64,000 bases of DNA from a bacterium. Its GTDB lineage: Bacteria > UBA8248. The translations under genes were made by a program, and so were the position numbers. The notes under the pieces were generated by a model. It was not told the origin of the DNA. It saw only the letters and a program-made list of their open reading frames with translations, and searched no databases. The stretch lies in contig OZ253442.1 of assembly GCA_965261085.1 (NCBI GenBank), positions 992,001-1,056,000 on the forward strand. The letters are read 5' to 3'. Shown here piece after piece: positions 30,210-40,338 of the stretch. How positions within the stretch are numbered: position 1 is the stretch's first letter; the number at the start of each line of letters is the position of its first letter.

Positions 30210-30489
30210 AGACACCGACAACCCCGGCGTGAACCGTGCCGCCACGGAGTGGCTTGCCCGTGCCGGGACCGTTACTTTCGGCATCGACTCCATGCGTCCG
30301 GGTCCTGAGGGCAGCGTCAACAGCGACGTGCACAAGGCCTGCGCCGAGTTGGGCATCACCCACATGGAGAGTTTGTGCAACCTGGAAGAGTTGATCGGCA
30401 AGGGCCTTTTCCGCTTCATCGGGCTTCCCCTGAAAATCAGGAACGGCTCGGGAGGGCCGATGCGAGCGGTCGCCATTCTGGATGAGTGA
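30210..30489 (+). pseudogene. Cyclase (kynurenine formamidase-like) C-terminal fragment
   Basis: PGVNRAATEWL, FGID, ESLCNL, LPLKIRNGSGGPMRAVA; the N-terminal HxGTHxD region is absent. Confidence 0.75.
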
Positions 30490-30528
30490 CGATTGTTTGT
30501 GGTTGCCTGGATTCGGAGGGGATAGTCA

Positions 30529-31470
30529 ATGAAATTGTTATCGTATGGCGCCGCCTGGGGAGGCGGGAGCATCGGCGCGCTGGTCGGGGAGGATACGGTG
30601 GCCGATCTTCCCCTCCTCTCGGCCCGGTTTCGTCCGGGGGAGCCGTTCCCCTCGACGATGATAGGCCTCATCGTCCAGTGGCAGAGGCTTCGCCCCCTTG
30701 TGGAAGAAATGCTCGCCGAAGCCCCGAAGCTCAAGGAGGAGAAAGAGAGTGGCGGGTGTTTTCTGCGCGAGGCGGAGGTGAAGTATCTCCCGCCCATCCC
30801 CTATCCGCCCAAAAACGTGAACTGCCAGGGGGTGAACTACCGTGAACACGGACAAGAAGGCCTGGGCGCGAAAACTCTGGCGCGCGATTCCGTCTACGTG
30901 GATCATCCCGTCCTGTTCTCGAAACCCCACACGACGCTGCTCCCCCATCGGGGCGGAATCATTCACCACCGCGCCACGCAGGCTTTGGATTATGAGGGAG
31001 AACTCACCGTGGTCATCGGCCGCGGTGGAATCAACATCGAAAAACAAGACGTTTATGATCATATTTTCGGCTATGCGAACGGCAACGACACGCCCACGCG
31101 CGATCGCCAGCGCATGCACAAGGGGGCGAAGGGAAAATCCATGGATACCCACTGTCCGATGGGCCCCTACATCGTGCCGAAGGAGTATTTCAGCGACCCC
31201 ATGAACGTCATGCTCCGCACCTGGGTGAACGGGGAGCTTCGCCAGGAAGCCAGCACGGCGAGCATGATCCACGATATCCCCACCCTGGTGCACGTGCTCT
31301 CGCTGGGCACGACGCTCGAGGTGGGCGACCTGCTCATGACGGGCACGCCGAGCGGGGTGGCCTACGCGCGGGAGAATCCTGAGTTCCTGAAACCGGGCGA
31401 CGTCGTGGAAATCGAGGTGGAAGGACTCGGCAGACTGCAAAACACCGTGGTGGCCGAGGACGGGGTCTGA
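30529..31470 (+). CDS. Fumarylacetoacetate hydrolase family protein
   Basis: LDYEGEL, GKSMDT, GDLLMTGTPSGV. Confidence 0.92.
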   Translation: MKLLSYGAAWGGGSIGALVGEDTVADLPLLSARFRPGEPFPSTMIGLIVQWQRLRPLVEEMLAEAPKLKEEKESGGCFLREAEVKYLPPIPYPPKNVNCQGVNYREHGQEGLGAKTLARDSVYVDHPVLFSKPHTTLLPHRGGIIHHRATQALDYEGELTVVIGRGGINIEKQDVYDHIFGYANGNDTPTRDRQRMHKGAKGKSMDTHCPMGPYIVPKEYFSDPMNVMLRTWVNGELRQEASTASMIHDIPTLVHVLSLGTTLEVGDLLMTGTPSGVAYARENPEFLKPGDVVEIEVEGLGRLQNTVVAEDGV

Positions 31471-31603
31471 CCCTATCGGGCTACGCGCCACTCTCTTTTC
31501 CATCAACTACCCATCAACTAAAATTTAACTATGAAATCAATAACTTATGGTGTTTTGGAGCGAAATTGCTCGTTTTCGATCAACTAAAACACAGGTCTAG
31601 AAT

Positions 31604-32329
31604 TCACGCATTCCCCGCAGGTGGCCAGATGCGCTCGCCCACGCTGGGAGAACTGGGAGCGTGCACCAGGGTGCTCACCGCCTGTCGCGAGCGGGGTATC
31701 TTCTCGGTAACAAAATTTTTCTCCAGGGATTCAAGAGATACCCACTCATAGAGAATCCCGTGCTTGGCCCAGCCGGAGACCGAAACGAGATTCCGCGCGC
31801 CGACGCACCCCTCCATGCTCGTCAACCGGGGCATCCGCACCTGGGAGTACCAGCATCCCAGTTCGTCCTCGTTTTCGACGGCGTTGATGTTGAAGGTTCC
31901 GAACTGGATGCCGGGTCCGGGCGCGATGCCCGGCGCGCGGGTCTTAGCCTCGGGGCCGTCGACCCGGTTGTGCTCCATGAAGACGCAAGAGCGCGCGTTC
32001 GTCCGCCGACCAAGCATTTCGCGCTCCTCACTCGTCATCTTCTCCGCCATTTGCTCGGGACTCGGGTCGAGAAACACGGTGGGTCCCAGCGCGCCATAGA
32101 GCATCAGGTACTGAACCCCCGTGGGGACGCTCGCATCATCCGTGTGGTGGACGACTCCGCGAATTCTCTCCTCACGCTCGGGCGTCACTACGTTTTTTAC
32201 GTGCGCCGCCCACAGGTAGCCCGGACGCGCGAGCGCCTGAGGTATATGGGCTTCATGAAGCCAGGAAATATATTCATCTTCACCTTCCTCGGGAAGGTCG
32301 TACCATACCGCCCAGATTCCTCGGTCCAT
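31604..32329 (-). CDS. Hypothetical protein, possible duplicated EthD/DUF4286-like barrel
   Basis: Two repeats of an E..WY/WL...H/R.P..L..PG-like pattern; directly downstream of the CxxU gene. Confidence 0.6.
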   Translation of the reverse strand: MDRGIWAVWYDLPEEGEDEYISWLHEAHIPQALARPGYLWAAHVKNVVTPEREERIRGVVHHTDDASVPTGVQYLMLYGALGPTVFLDPSPEQMAEKMTSEEREMLGRRTNARSCVFMEHNRVDGPEAKTRAPGIAPGPGIQFGTFNINAVENEDELGCWYSQVRMPRLTSMEGCVGARNLVSVSGWAKHGILYEWVSLESLEKNFVTEKIPRSRQAVSTLVHAPSSPSVGERIWPPAGNA

Positions 32330-32367
32330 TTATGGGTTCCTCTCTTTGGAGTGATTCATGGACGCCT

Positions 32368-33021
32368 TCATTCGTTAGGCTGCGGGAAGGCGTCCGGCCA
32401 GTTGTCCAAAACTTCCTGTAAGAATTTTTTAAGCTTTTCCGGGTCCGGTCGAAGACGGCCCACGTCCTCGACGATTTCCACCTCATCGTTCGGCAGCTTC
32501 AGGGAGTCGTGGTAGCGGTTTCGCATGTTGAAGTAGCTGATGACGAAGGTGAGCTCGACGAACTCGGCGTCCGTGAAATGGCTTTGCACCTCCCCGGCCA
32601 CGTCGTCCCTGAATTTGGCGGTGTTTCGCGTCACGTGCTCGGCCCACAGGACGGTCGCTTTCTCCTTAGGACCGAGGAGCGGTGAATCCATGTAGTCGTC
32701 CGAGCCGATGGCGGCGACGTGCTCATCCGTGATTCCCAGCACCCGGCCGAGAGCGGTGTTGTGGGCGAGTCAGTAGTCACACCCGTTCATCTGGCTGGTT
32801 TTGATGACGGCGATTTCTTTGATTTTCGAGGAGAGGACGGTGCCGAGCCCCTCGCGCATCAGGGTCTGAACGAGGGGATAGAAAATGCGGGCGAGAAACG
32901 GGGAGTGCGCCGTCGCCCGGGTGGAATTGACCTGCCTGCGCTGGAAGTTACCCAGGATGTCGAAAGTGCGCGCGATCTCCCCCTCGGCGCCTTCTCTGCC
33001 GAGCAACGGGACTCTGGACAT
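32368..33021 (-). CDS. AhpD/CMD family selenoprotein, CxxU (Sec84), 217 aa
   Basis: In-frame TGA 32772-32770 within KEIAVIKTSQMNGCDY-U-LAH; the frame continues into ORF 32368..32742. Confidence 0.85.
32735..32765 (-). promoter_or_regulatory. Candidate bacterial SECIS hairpin
   Basis: CCCACAACACCGCTCTCGGCCGGGTGCTGGG starts 4 nt after the TGA; CCCA/TGGG and CACC/GGTG can pair. Confidence 0.5.
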
Positions 33022-33324
33022 GAACCCACTCCTTCTTGAATGCGTGTTCCGGGGTTTTCTCTGGTGAATAGTGAATCTTCCCACATCGGACGTAATCTTT
33101 CACGCCGGTTTAAGGTTCCACCTCAAAGAGGCCTCTCGAATCAAAGGGAGAAACCCGCCTTCGAGCCTCTTCTCAGGATGACACGCACGGCGATTCTTGC
33201 TAGTCTTTTTCCATACGAAAAGTAAGATTCAAGAGTGACGACGCATCCAGGAATCAAGGCTGTGGCCTCGACGGCGGTATGAAGGAGGGCAGCGTGTATT
33301 CCACAACCGCTTAGGGGGCCGGAC

Positions 33325-33801
33325 GTGCGAAAAGCCGATGTCTACACAGCGGTCGTTTTTCTGCTCTATAGCCTCATCGGCTTTTTCTATATCATTCCCA
33401 CCCAGATTCAATACGCCATTCCGCCCGAAGAAGTTTCGAACGCCGTCTTCCTGCCGACGTTTTTTCCCACCTCGGCCGTCGTTACCTTCGGGTTGGTGAG
33501 CCTCGTGTTCCTGTTCGGAGCGCTCAGGAGAAATGAAGTGGGCGCGCAAGTGATTACGAGCAAAAGGGCGCTCTTGCAAGTCTGCGCCGTTTTCGTCCTC
33601 TGCTACGTCTACGTCGAGTCTATGGCGTATTTCGGCTTTCTGGCGAGTTCTCCCGTTTTTCTCGCGATCCTGGTCACCTTTATGGGCACGCGCGACTGGC
33701 GATACGTCGTCTCCATGTCCATTCTGTTCCCCATCGTGGTGAATTATTTCTTCTGGTTCGCCTTCAAGCTGGCGCTGCCCGAAGGCAGCCTCTTTAATTA
33801 A
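33325..33801 (+). CDS. TctB-like small permease
   Basis: Four TM helices, PTFFP, GFLAS, LALPEG. Confidence 0.82.
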   Translation: MRKADVYTAVVFLLYSLIGFFYIIPTQIQYAIPPEEVSNAVFLPTFFPTSAVVTFGLVSLVFLFGALRRNEVGAQVITSKRALLQVCAVFVLCYVYVESMAYFGFLASSPVFLAILVTFMGTRDWRYVVSMSILFPIVVNYFFWFAFKLALPEGSLFN

Positions 33802-33809
33802 GGTCGCAT

Positions 33810-35348
33810 ATGTTCGAGCAGATACTCCAGGGAATCACGATGGCGCTCACATGGCAGGGTCTGGCCATGATAGCGGTGGGCGTCTTCGTGGGCATCACGG
33901 TGGGCGCGATTCCGGGGCTCACCAGCGTGATGGCGACCGCGATCCTGGTACCCTTCTCCTTTTTCATGCCCCCCGTGCTGGGCATTCCCTTTTTGCTGGG
34001 GATTCACAAGGGAACCCTCTTCGGCGGCTCCATCCCCGCCATCCTGGTGAACACGCCGGGGACCGCGCCCGCGGCTGCGACTTGTCTGGACGGGTTTCCG
34101 CTCGCGCAAAAAGGAGAGGCGAGGAGCGCTATTCAGATGGCGCTGTTTTCCTCCACCATCGGGGATACCTTCAGCGATCTCGTCCTCATCCTGGCGGCGC
34201 TTCCGCTGGCCGCGGTGGCGCTCCTGTTCGGGCCGGCCGAGTTTTTCGGGCTCCTGCTCATGGGGATGGCCATCATCTCCAGCGTGACGGGGACCTCCGT
34301 GGTGAAGGGGGTGCTTTCCGCCCTCATCGGACTCCAACTCGGCATGGTGGGTACGGACATCGTCTCGGGAGGGGAGCGCTTCACGTTCGGCCTTCCCGGC
34401 CTGGCCGAGGGTGTGGCGGTGGTGCCCCTGCTCATCGGGCTTTTCGCCATGAGCGAGGTTTTCATCCAGGCGGAAAAGCGGGCCGTCGATTTGGCGCGTC
34501 CACCCGACGCCATGCGCCTGAGCGGGGGCAGGAAGCTGGAAATCATCGAAGTCTGGCATTCCGCGCGCACCATCCTGCGCTCGTCCATGATAGGCACATT
34601 CGTCGGCGCGATTCCGGGTACGGGAGCGGCCATCGCCACCTTCGTGAGCTACGCGGCGGCGAAACGCGCATCCAAAAAACCGGAAGAGTTCGGCCACGGC
34701 AGCTACGAGGGCGTCGCGGCTTCTGAAGCCGCCAACAGCGCGGTCGCGGGAGCGGACCTGATACCCACCCTCACGTTCGGAATCCCGGGGGATCCGAGCG
34801 CGGCAATCCTCATGGGCGCGTTCATCGCCCAGGGGCTGCGGCCGGGGCCGAGCCTTTTTCAGGAACACGCCCCCGTCATGTACGCCATCTTCACGCTTCT
34901 CTTGCTGGGCAACCCCATCATGCTGGTCCAGGGCTGGCTGCTCACGGGCATGTTCGCCAAGATCGTCACCATCCGGCAATCGATACTGGTGCCGGGCATC
35001 ATTATCTCCTGCCTCGTGGGGGCGTATGTCTATCACAGCAACCTGGGCGACCTCGTTCTGGCTCTCATCGCGGGCCTGTTCGGATACGGGTTGAGGAAAT
35101 TGAAATTTCCCATGGCCCCGCTCGTCATCGCGTTCATCTTGGCACCTCGGGCGGAGGAGGCCTTACAGCAGACGCTCATCATTTCGCGGGGCGATTTTTC
35201 CGTTTTCATCACCCGCCCCATCGCTGCTTTTTTCATCGGCATGACCATACTGATGCTGGCTTTAAGCATTTGGAGGCGTCCGTGGGCTTCGACCTTGAAG
35301 CCGCAAACGGGAGCCGATTCAACCAACTCCAAGGAGGAACCAAGATGA
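33810..35348 (+). CDS. TctA large permease
   Basis: GGSIPAILVNTPGT, EAANSA, PTLTFGIPG. Confidence 0.92.
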   Translation: MFEQILQGITMALTWQGLAMIAVGVFVGITVGAIPGLTSVMATAILVPFSFFMPPVLGIPFLLGIHKGTLFGGSIPAILVNTPGTAPAAATCLDGFPLAQKGEARSAIQMALFSSTIGDTFSDLVLILAALPLAAVALLFGPAEFFGLLLMGMAIISSVTGTSVVKGVLSALIGLQLGMVGTDIVSGGERFTFGLPGLAEGVAVVPLLIGLFAMSEVFIQAEKRAVDLARPPDAMRLSGGRKLEIIEVWHSARTILRSSMIGTFVGAIPGTGAAIATFVSYAAAKRASKKPEEFGHGSYEGVAASEAANSAVAGADLIPTLTFGIPGDPSAAILMGAFIAQGLRPGPSLFQEHAPVMYAIFTLLLLGNPIMLVQGWLLTGMFAKIVTIRQSILVPGIIISCLVGAYVYHSNLGDLVLALIAGLFGYGLRKLKFPMAPLVIAFILAPRAEEALQQTLIISRGDFSVFITRPIAAFFIGMTILMLALSIWRRPWASTLKPQTGADSTNSKEEPR

Positions 35349-36337
35349 TGCGCAAATCATGGAAGATCGCTCTGGCGGTAGTCTTGTCGCTCGGGCTCCT
35401 CGCTTTCACCGCCCTGCCCGCTGCGGCGGCGGAGAAGTATCCCTCGAAACCCATCAAGATCATCGTGCCCTTAGGCGCGGGCGGCTCGCACGACCTCCAT
35501 GCGCGCGCCGTGGCCAGCGTGCTTCACCAATACATCGGCCAGCCGGCGTTCGTGCAGCTCATGCCGGGCGGCGGCGGGAAGATAGGGATGGGAGCGCTCA
35601 AGCGGGCCAAACCCGACGGCTACACCCTCTTGATGGGGTCGAACAGCCAGCTCTACCTGTCTACCCATGTGAAGGACATGGGTATTGACCCCTTCAAGGA
35701 TTTCATCCCCGTTTTTAAGATTAACGAGCTTCCCTATCTGCTGGTCTCGTTGGGGAACAGGCCCTGGAAGAATTTCAAGGAATACATCGCCGCGGCGAAA
35801 AAGAGCAAAGGCAAGATCATGCACGGCTCTACGGGAGCGTATGGCCTCAGCCACACCATGCTACTCAAGATCGCCTACGACACGAAGACGACGCTGAACC
35901 ATGTTCCCTTCCGTGGGGGCGGCCCCGCCATGCTCGCCATGCTGGGCGGACACGTGCAAACGGCGGGAGCCAACCCGGCGACGGGCGGCGTTCTCTCCAA
36001 CTACAAGTCCGGCAAAATACGCATTCTGGCCGTCGCCGCCGCGAAGCGATACAAAACGTTTCCGGATGTCCCGACTCTCAGGGAGGAGGGAGTAGACCTT
36101 CTCCTGCATTCGAAGCGAATCGTCATGGCGCCCGCGGGAACGCCCAAGGATCGCATCGACATCCTGGAGAAGGCCCTGCTCAAGATGTCCAAGGACAAGA
36201 CCTTCAAGCGCCTTCTCAAGAAGATGGGCGTTCGCTCCCAGCCGGTTGTCGGAGAGCAGCTCTTGAAGGAGTTGAAGGCGGAGTACAATAGCAACAAGAA
36301 TATTTTCAAAAATGCCGGGGTCAAAATTAGAAACTAA
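35345..36337 (+). CDS. TctC/Bug substrate-binding protein
   Basis: YPSKPIKIIVP, PDGYTL, HVPFRGGG, PDVPT. Confidence 0.92.
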   Translation: MMRKSWKIALAVVLSLGLLAFTALPAAAAEKYPSKPIKIIVPLGAGGSHDLHARAVASVLHQYIGQPAFVQLMPGGGGKIGMGALKRAKPDGYTLLMGSNSQLYLSTHVKDMGIDPFKDFIPVFKINELPYLLVSLGNRPWKNFKEYIAAAKKSKGKIMHGSTGAYGLSHTMLLKIAYDTKTTLNHVPFRGGGPAMLAMLGGHVQTAGANPATGGVLSNYKSGKIRILAVAAAKRYKTFPDVPTLREEGVDLLLHSKRIVMAPAGTPKDRIDILEKALLKMSKDKTFKRLLKKMGVRSQPVVGEQLLKELKAEYNSNKNIFKNAGVKIRN

Positions 36338-36369
36338 AGCCCGGGCGTTCATGAGAAGCGAGTCGTTTT

Positions 36370-36397
36370 GGCGGGGGTGGTCGTTCGCGCCCCCGCC
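36370..36397 (+). terminator. Stem-loop after tctC
   Basis: GGCGGGGGTG...CGCCCCCGCC. Confidence 0.5.
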
Positions 36398-36548
36398 TGC
36401 GGCTTTTCAGGGGAAAAAGCCTTGAGTCGGCGAGAAAGACCAAAGTTTCTGTAGAGGAAAGGACGATGGGGTGAAGTGTTTTCTCGCGCTTGAATACGAC
36501 GCGGCGTTGGTTTTTCCGGCATCTTGGCTTTTAGGCGGGAAGTGAATC

Positions 36549-37412
36549 ATGCGGCGCCTGAGCGATCACCTGGTGGCGGAGACCGAATATCTCTGGGCGA
36601 ACGTGGGCGCGGGCGTCACCGAGGTCGGCGTGGTGCTCATCGACTGCCCCGTACGGCCTTCGGATTCACGGGGCTGGCAAGGACAACTAAGGGCGCTTAG
36701 CCCCAAAGGCATCCGCTACCGCATTTCGACGGATTATCACGGCGATCACACCATCGGCTCCGCGTTCATCGAGGATGCGGGGGTCATCTCCATCGCTCCG
36801 CAGCGCGTGTTCGAGGCGCTCGCCGCGAAGGATAACCCTCTCGCAGGACGCGAGGCCTTCATCAACACCTTGAACGACATCGGCGCAACAGAGGAAGCAA
36901 ACGAAATAGCGCGAGCCGTCCTGCCCCTGCCGCAGGTGTGTTTCGATGAGGGGATGACGCTCCACTTACATCCCCTGACGTTCAAGATTTACCGCCTGGG
37001 CGGCCACACGCCCGCCTGCAGTTCGGTGTACGTGCCGGAGGAGGGCGTCATCTTCACGGGCGACGTCATGATAAACGAGCCGGGCCCCGGGATGCGCGAG
37101 GCCCGCTTTCGGGAATGGATAGGGGCGCTCGCGTGGATAGAGAGCCTGCCCGTGGCGCACGTCGTACCCGGCCACGGGGAGATATGCGGAACCGGCGAAG
37201 TGCGGCGTTTCAGGAACGGTTTCGAAGAGATGTGGGGGATGATGGAAGGCCTCGTGAAAAAAGGAACCGAGAAAGAAGCCGCCGCCGCAGACGCCTCGTT
37301 CGAGAAATTCTTCTGGTCCGATACGGGGCGGGGCGAATCCTGGATTGCGCACAGGAGAAGAACGTTCCGGCGGGGGCTTGAGAACCTCTACGCGGAGGTG
37401 AGGGAGGGTTAG
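36549..37412 (+). CDS. MBL-fold metallo-hydrolase
   Basis: TDYHGDH, GGHT, FTGD, VPGHG. Confidence 0.85.
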   Translation: MRRLSDHLVAETEYLWANVGAGVTEVGVVLIDCPVRPSDSRGWQGQLRALSPKGIRYRISTDYHGDHTIGSAFIEDAGVISIAPQRVFEALAAKDNPLAGREAFINTLNDIGATEEANEIARAVLPLPQVCFDEGMTLHLHPLTFKIYRLGGHTPACSSVYVPEEGVIFTGDVMINEPGPGMREARFREWIGALAWIESLPVAHVVPGHGEICGTGEVRRFRNGFEEMWGMMEGLVKKGTEKEAAAADASFEKFFWSDTGRGESWIAHRRRTFRRGLENLYAEVREG

Positions 37413-37414
37413 GT

Positions 37415-37831
37415 ATGCGAGCGGAAGAGAAGAGGCTGGGCCGCGTCTTTCATCTGGAATTCGATGAGGACGATGATTTTTTCGAGGAATTCAATCGCTT
37501 CGTGAAGGAGAAGAACATACGGAGCGCCTCGCTCATCGTGTTCGGCGCGCTCAAGGAATCAGACGTCCGCACGGGTTTCAGGGACATCATCGGCCCCTCG
37601 GCCAGGCGTTATTTCCACGACTGGCGCGAACTCATCGCCGTGGGGAACATCTCCTGGCCCGAAAAGCCTCCCGCCGTCCGGGTGGATGAAACGTGGGATG
37701 AACCCCAGCCGTATATCCACCTCCACCTGGCACTCAGTGGCGGCCCCTACCAGCCCGGAGAAATCCTGGTCGGCCACCTGAGCGGGGGAATCGTGAAGGG
37801 CATGTTCGCCGAAGTGCACGAGTTCATCTAA
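37415..37831 (+). CDS. PPC/DUF296 domain protein
   Basis: GNIS, YIHLHLAL, VGHL. Confidence 0.75.
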   Translation: MRAEEKRLGRVFHLEFDEDDDFFEEFNRFVKEKNIRSASLIVFGALKESDVRTGFRDIIGPSARRYFHDWRELIAVGNISWPEKPPAVRVDETWDEPQPYIHLHLALSGGPYQPGEILVGHLSGGIVKGMFAEVHEFI

Positions 37832-37845
37832 GCGAGGGATATTCA

Positions 37846-38469
37846 ATGGAAGCGGACAGAAGAGCGCAGGAAAATATCGACAGGAGCGAGATAAAGGACG
37901 TTCTCTCCGTCGTGAACTATGCGCGCGACACAGGGCTTTGGGAGGAGTGGAGCGCCTGCTATCACCCGGACGCCACGCTCACGACATCGTGGTTCAGCGG
38001 AACGCGGGATGAATTCGTCGACGCCGCGAAAAAGATGAAAATCGCCCGCCACCCTGGAGAGAGCCAGAAGCACACCGTCACGAACCCCTGGGTTCGCCTG
38101 AAAGACACGCGCGCCGCGGCCGAGCACGACCTGATCCTCTACCAGAGAAGATTGATCGACGGCGTGGAGCTTGATTTCACGACCTGGAGCCGCGTCCTCG
38201 CCCTGCTGGAAAAGCGAGACGGCGCATGGCGCATCTGGAAGCGGACCAACATCTACGAAAAAGACAGGATGGACCCGTATAAGCCCGACGAACTCCCCCC
38301 TTCGTTCTACGCCTCCATCAATTTAGAAGGCTATCCCCACGCCATCCGCTACCATTGCTGGCGAAACGCGAAAATAGGCCATCCGCCCGCCACAAACATC
38401 GTCCTCCAGCACAGCGCGGAAGAACGCGCCGTCCGCGAGGAGGCGGAGGAGTGGCTGAAAGGGGCGTGA
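37846..38469 (+). CDS. SnoaL/NTF2-like protein
   Basis: YARDTG.W, YHPDA, EKRDGAWRI. Confidence 0.78.
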   Translation: MEADRRAQENIDRSEIKDVLSVVNYARDTGLWEEWSACYHPDATLTTSWFSGTRDEFVDAAKKMKIARHPGESQKHTVTNPWVRLKDTRAAAEHDLILYQRRLIDGVELDFTTWSRVLALLEKRDGAWRIWKRTNIYEKDRMDPYKPDELPPSFYASINLEGYPHAIRYHCWRNAKIGHPPATNIVLQHSAEERAVREEAEEWLKGA

Positions 38470-38512
38470 GGTAGGGGCCTGCACGGTGGGTTCTAGAGGG
38501 TCTAGTTTCGCG

Positions 38513-39202
38513 TTATTCGAACAACTCGGTTAGCCAATTTAGAAATGACTCGCTCGGTTTATTGTCCAGTGTCAAACCACCAGCGCCAATAGCCGCTCCC
38601 ATGCGTCCGGGTTCATATCTCGTTGCGAGCCATGCGAACAATTCGGCCTTTGGCATTTTGTCGCAGTTGAATTTGCGATGTTGCTTGGGGATATTTTGGA
38701 TGTATTCTTTAGAGAGTGGCCATACCGGGTCGTCATCGGGAACCATCTTTGCCGCGAAGTCTTCAAGTTCACCGGGTGACTTGTTGTTTGGCATCAGCCA
38801 GATTCCGATACGTGGTTTGCTGTCTATGATCGTTCCGTTCGGATCTGGAGCATCCGGGATTTCATCTAGGTCGAGTTGTGGATGTTTAATTTCGTCTGAC
38901 AGTTCGGAAGCTACTTGTTTTAGTTTGCAAGTTATTTGTTCCCACCGATTCGTTGGGTCGCTGTTGGCATCCACTAGTATTCCAAACACTTCTCTGCCGG
39001 AAGTTTTAATTCCCTGAGAAATTACTTTGATGAGGTTATCAAAGCCCTCTCTATCCGATATGCCAAATGAGGGCTTTGAGCCTTTATCCTTTTCCCATAG
39101 TTGTTTAACGAAATGGCGGTCATCTTGCCCTTCGACCAGCAGCAGAGAAGGATCAGTAGGCATGTTCAGTTGCAGAGAAGGAGGTGAATTAGCGGTGGGC
39201 AT
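38513..39202 (-). CDS. DUF3226 family protein (TOPRIM-like)
   Basis: LLVEGQDD, GILVDAN, GIWLMPNN..PGELEDF, KAELFAWLA. Confidence 0.8.
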   Translation of the reverse strand: MPTANSPPSLQLNMPTDPSLLLVEGQDDRHFVKQLWEKDKGSKPSFGISDREGFDNLIKVISQGIKTSGREVFGILVDANSDPTNRWEQITCKLKQVASELSDEIKHPQLDLDEIPDAPDPNGTIIDSKPRIGIWLMPNNKSPGELEDFAAKMVPDDDPVWPLSKEYIQNIPKQHRKFNCDKMPKAELFAWLATRYEPGRMGAAIGAGGLTLDNKPSESFLNWLTELFE

Positions 39203-39207
39203 ACTTT

Positions 39208-40338
39208 CTACCTGACCTCGATGCCCTGTTCGGCGGCGACCTTTAGTTCATCTTCGGAATAAAAGACTGCCCAAACGTCTTCATCGTCCCGCTCAAGGCG
39301 GAAGAGAATACCCTCGGCATCTTCGTCATCGGTTGCCGCGTATGCGAAACCCCGTACGCAGTCCCAGCTATGGGTTGTGGCAAGAACCTGCGTATTGTTC
39401 TCGCGCGCCATCCGCAGCACCATGCGCCAGAAATCCGGCTGCACTGAGTGGTGGATGCCGTTTTCCGCTTCGTCGATCAGGAGTATACCGTCCCTACTGT
39501 TCGCCAACGCCAAGGCGACGCTGAAAAGGCGTATCGCCCCGTCTCCCAGGCTTTTCAGAGGAACGGGGTGGGAATGGCCCTCCAGCTTGACGATGACGCG
39601 GCGGCCATAGTGTATATATTCTTCTGCGGTAATGGCGATACGTTCTATCTTGTTTCCAAAGATCAGTCTCAGAGCATCAACTGCTCGAGCCTCGTTGTCG
39701 GTCAGTGAAATTTTATCCCAAAACCACGCTATCTCGGAGTTGGGAAGTAGACCCGGCCCCAAAGTCCTACACTTTATATCTTCAGGCAGATTTGAGCCTG
39801 TAACGAAACTCCAACTACCTTGGGGTAAGCGGCGACCTTCGAAGTGCGTTCTAGGAATTCCAGGTAATATGCGCCCTTCACCTCGAAATTTGACTTCGAA
39901 CCATTGGAAATCAGTATAGTGATATGAAGTTGACCTAAAGCCCTGGAGTGCCTCCTTTTTGTTACTAGGGTCTTGAAGAGCGTCCTTCAGAATCTTGAGT
40001 TGGTCAGACTCTTTTGATGGGCCGATTATGATGCGCGCATTTCCAGAGGCTTCCCGCCCATAGAAGAGGGCCTCTATGTTGGTTGCCAGAAACTCTTTGC
40101 CGTCGTCGTCTAACATGTTGGATATTTCATCGTGATTTTGCAGTGGGGTCCGCAAATCCCTACCTCGTGAGGCGAAAATGCTCACCGCTTCGAGTACAGT
40201 GGTCTTTCCGACGCCGTTCTTTCCGGCGAGCAGGGTCACGCGGCCCAAACGGGGCAGGGAGAGACTTTTAATCCCGCGAAATCCCTTGATTGTCAGATCA
40301 GGAAGGTGCAGGCCGTTGTTCGGTTGATCTTCAGGCAT
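39208..40338 (-). CDS. ABC/AAA_21-type ATPase
   Basis: GKNGVGKT, LGDG, LLIDEAENGIH, ATTHS. Confidence 0.9.
   Translation of the reverse strand: MPEDQPNNGLHLPDLTIKGFRGIKSLSLPRLGRVTLLAGKNGVGKTTVLEAVSIFASRGRDLRTPLQNHDEISNMLDDDGKEFLATNIEALFYGREASGNARIIIGPSKESDQLKILKDALQDPSNKKEALQGFRSTSYHYTDFQWFEVKFRGEGRILPGIPRTHFEGRRLPQGSWSFVTGSNLPEDIKCRTLGPGLLPNSEIAWFWDKISLTDNEARAVDALRLIFGNKIERIAITAEEYIHYGRRVIVKLEGHSHPVPLKSLGDGAIRLFSVALALANSRDGILLIDEAENGIHHSVQPDFWRMVLRMARENNTQVLATTHSWDCVRGFAYAATDDEDAEGILFRLERDDEDVWAVFYSEDELKVAAEQGIEVR

Noticed and set aside
28528-30363. Long antisense ORFs such as this 611-aa one, 17750..19357 and 19955..21178
   Set aside because: Shadow or alternative-frame ORFs of well-supported GC-rich genes, with no recognisable motifs
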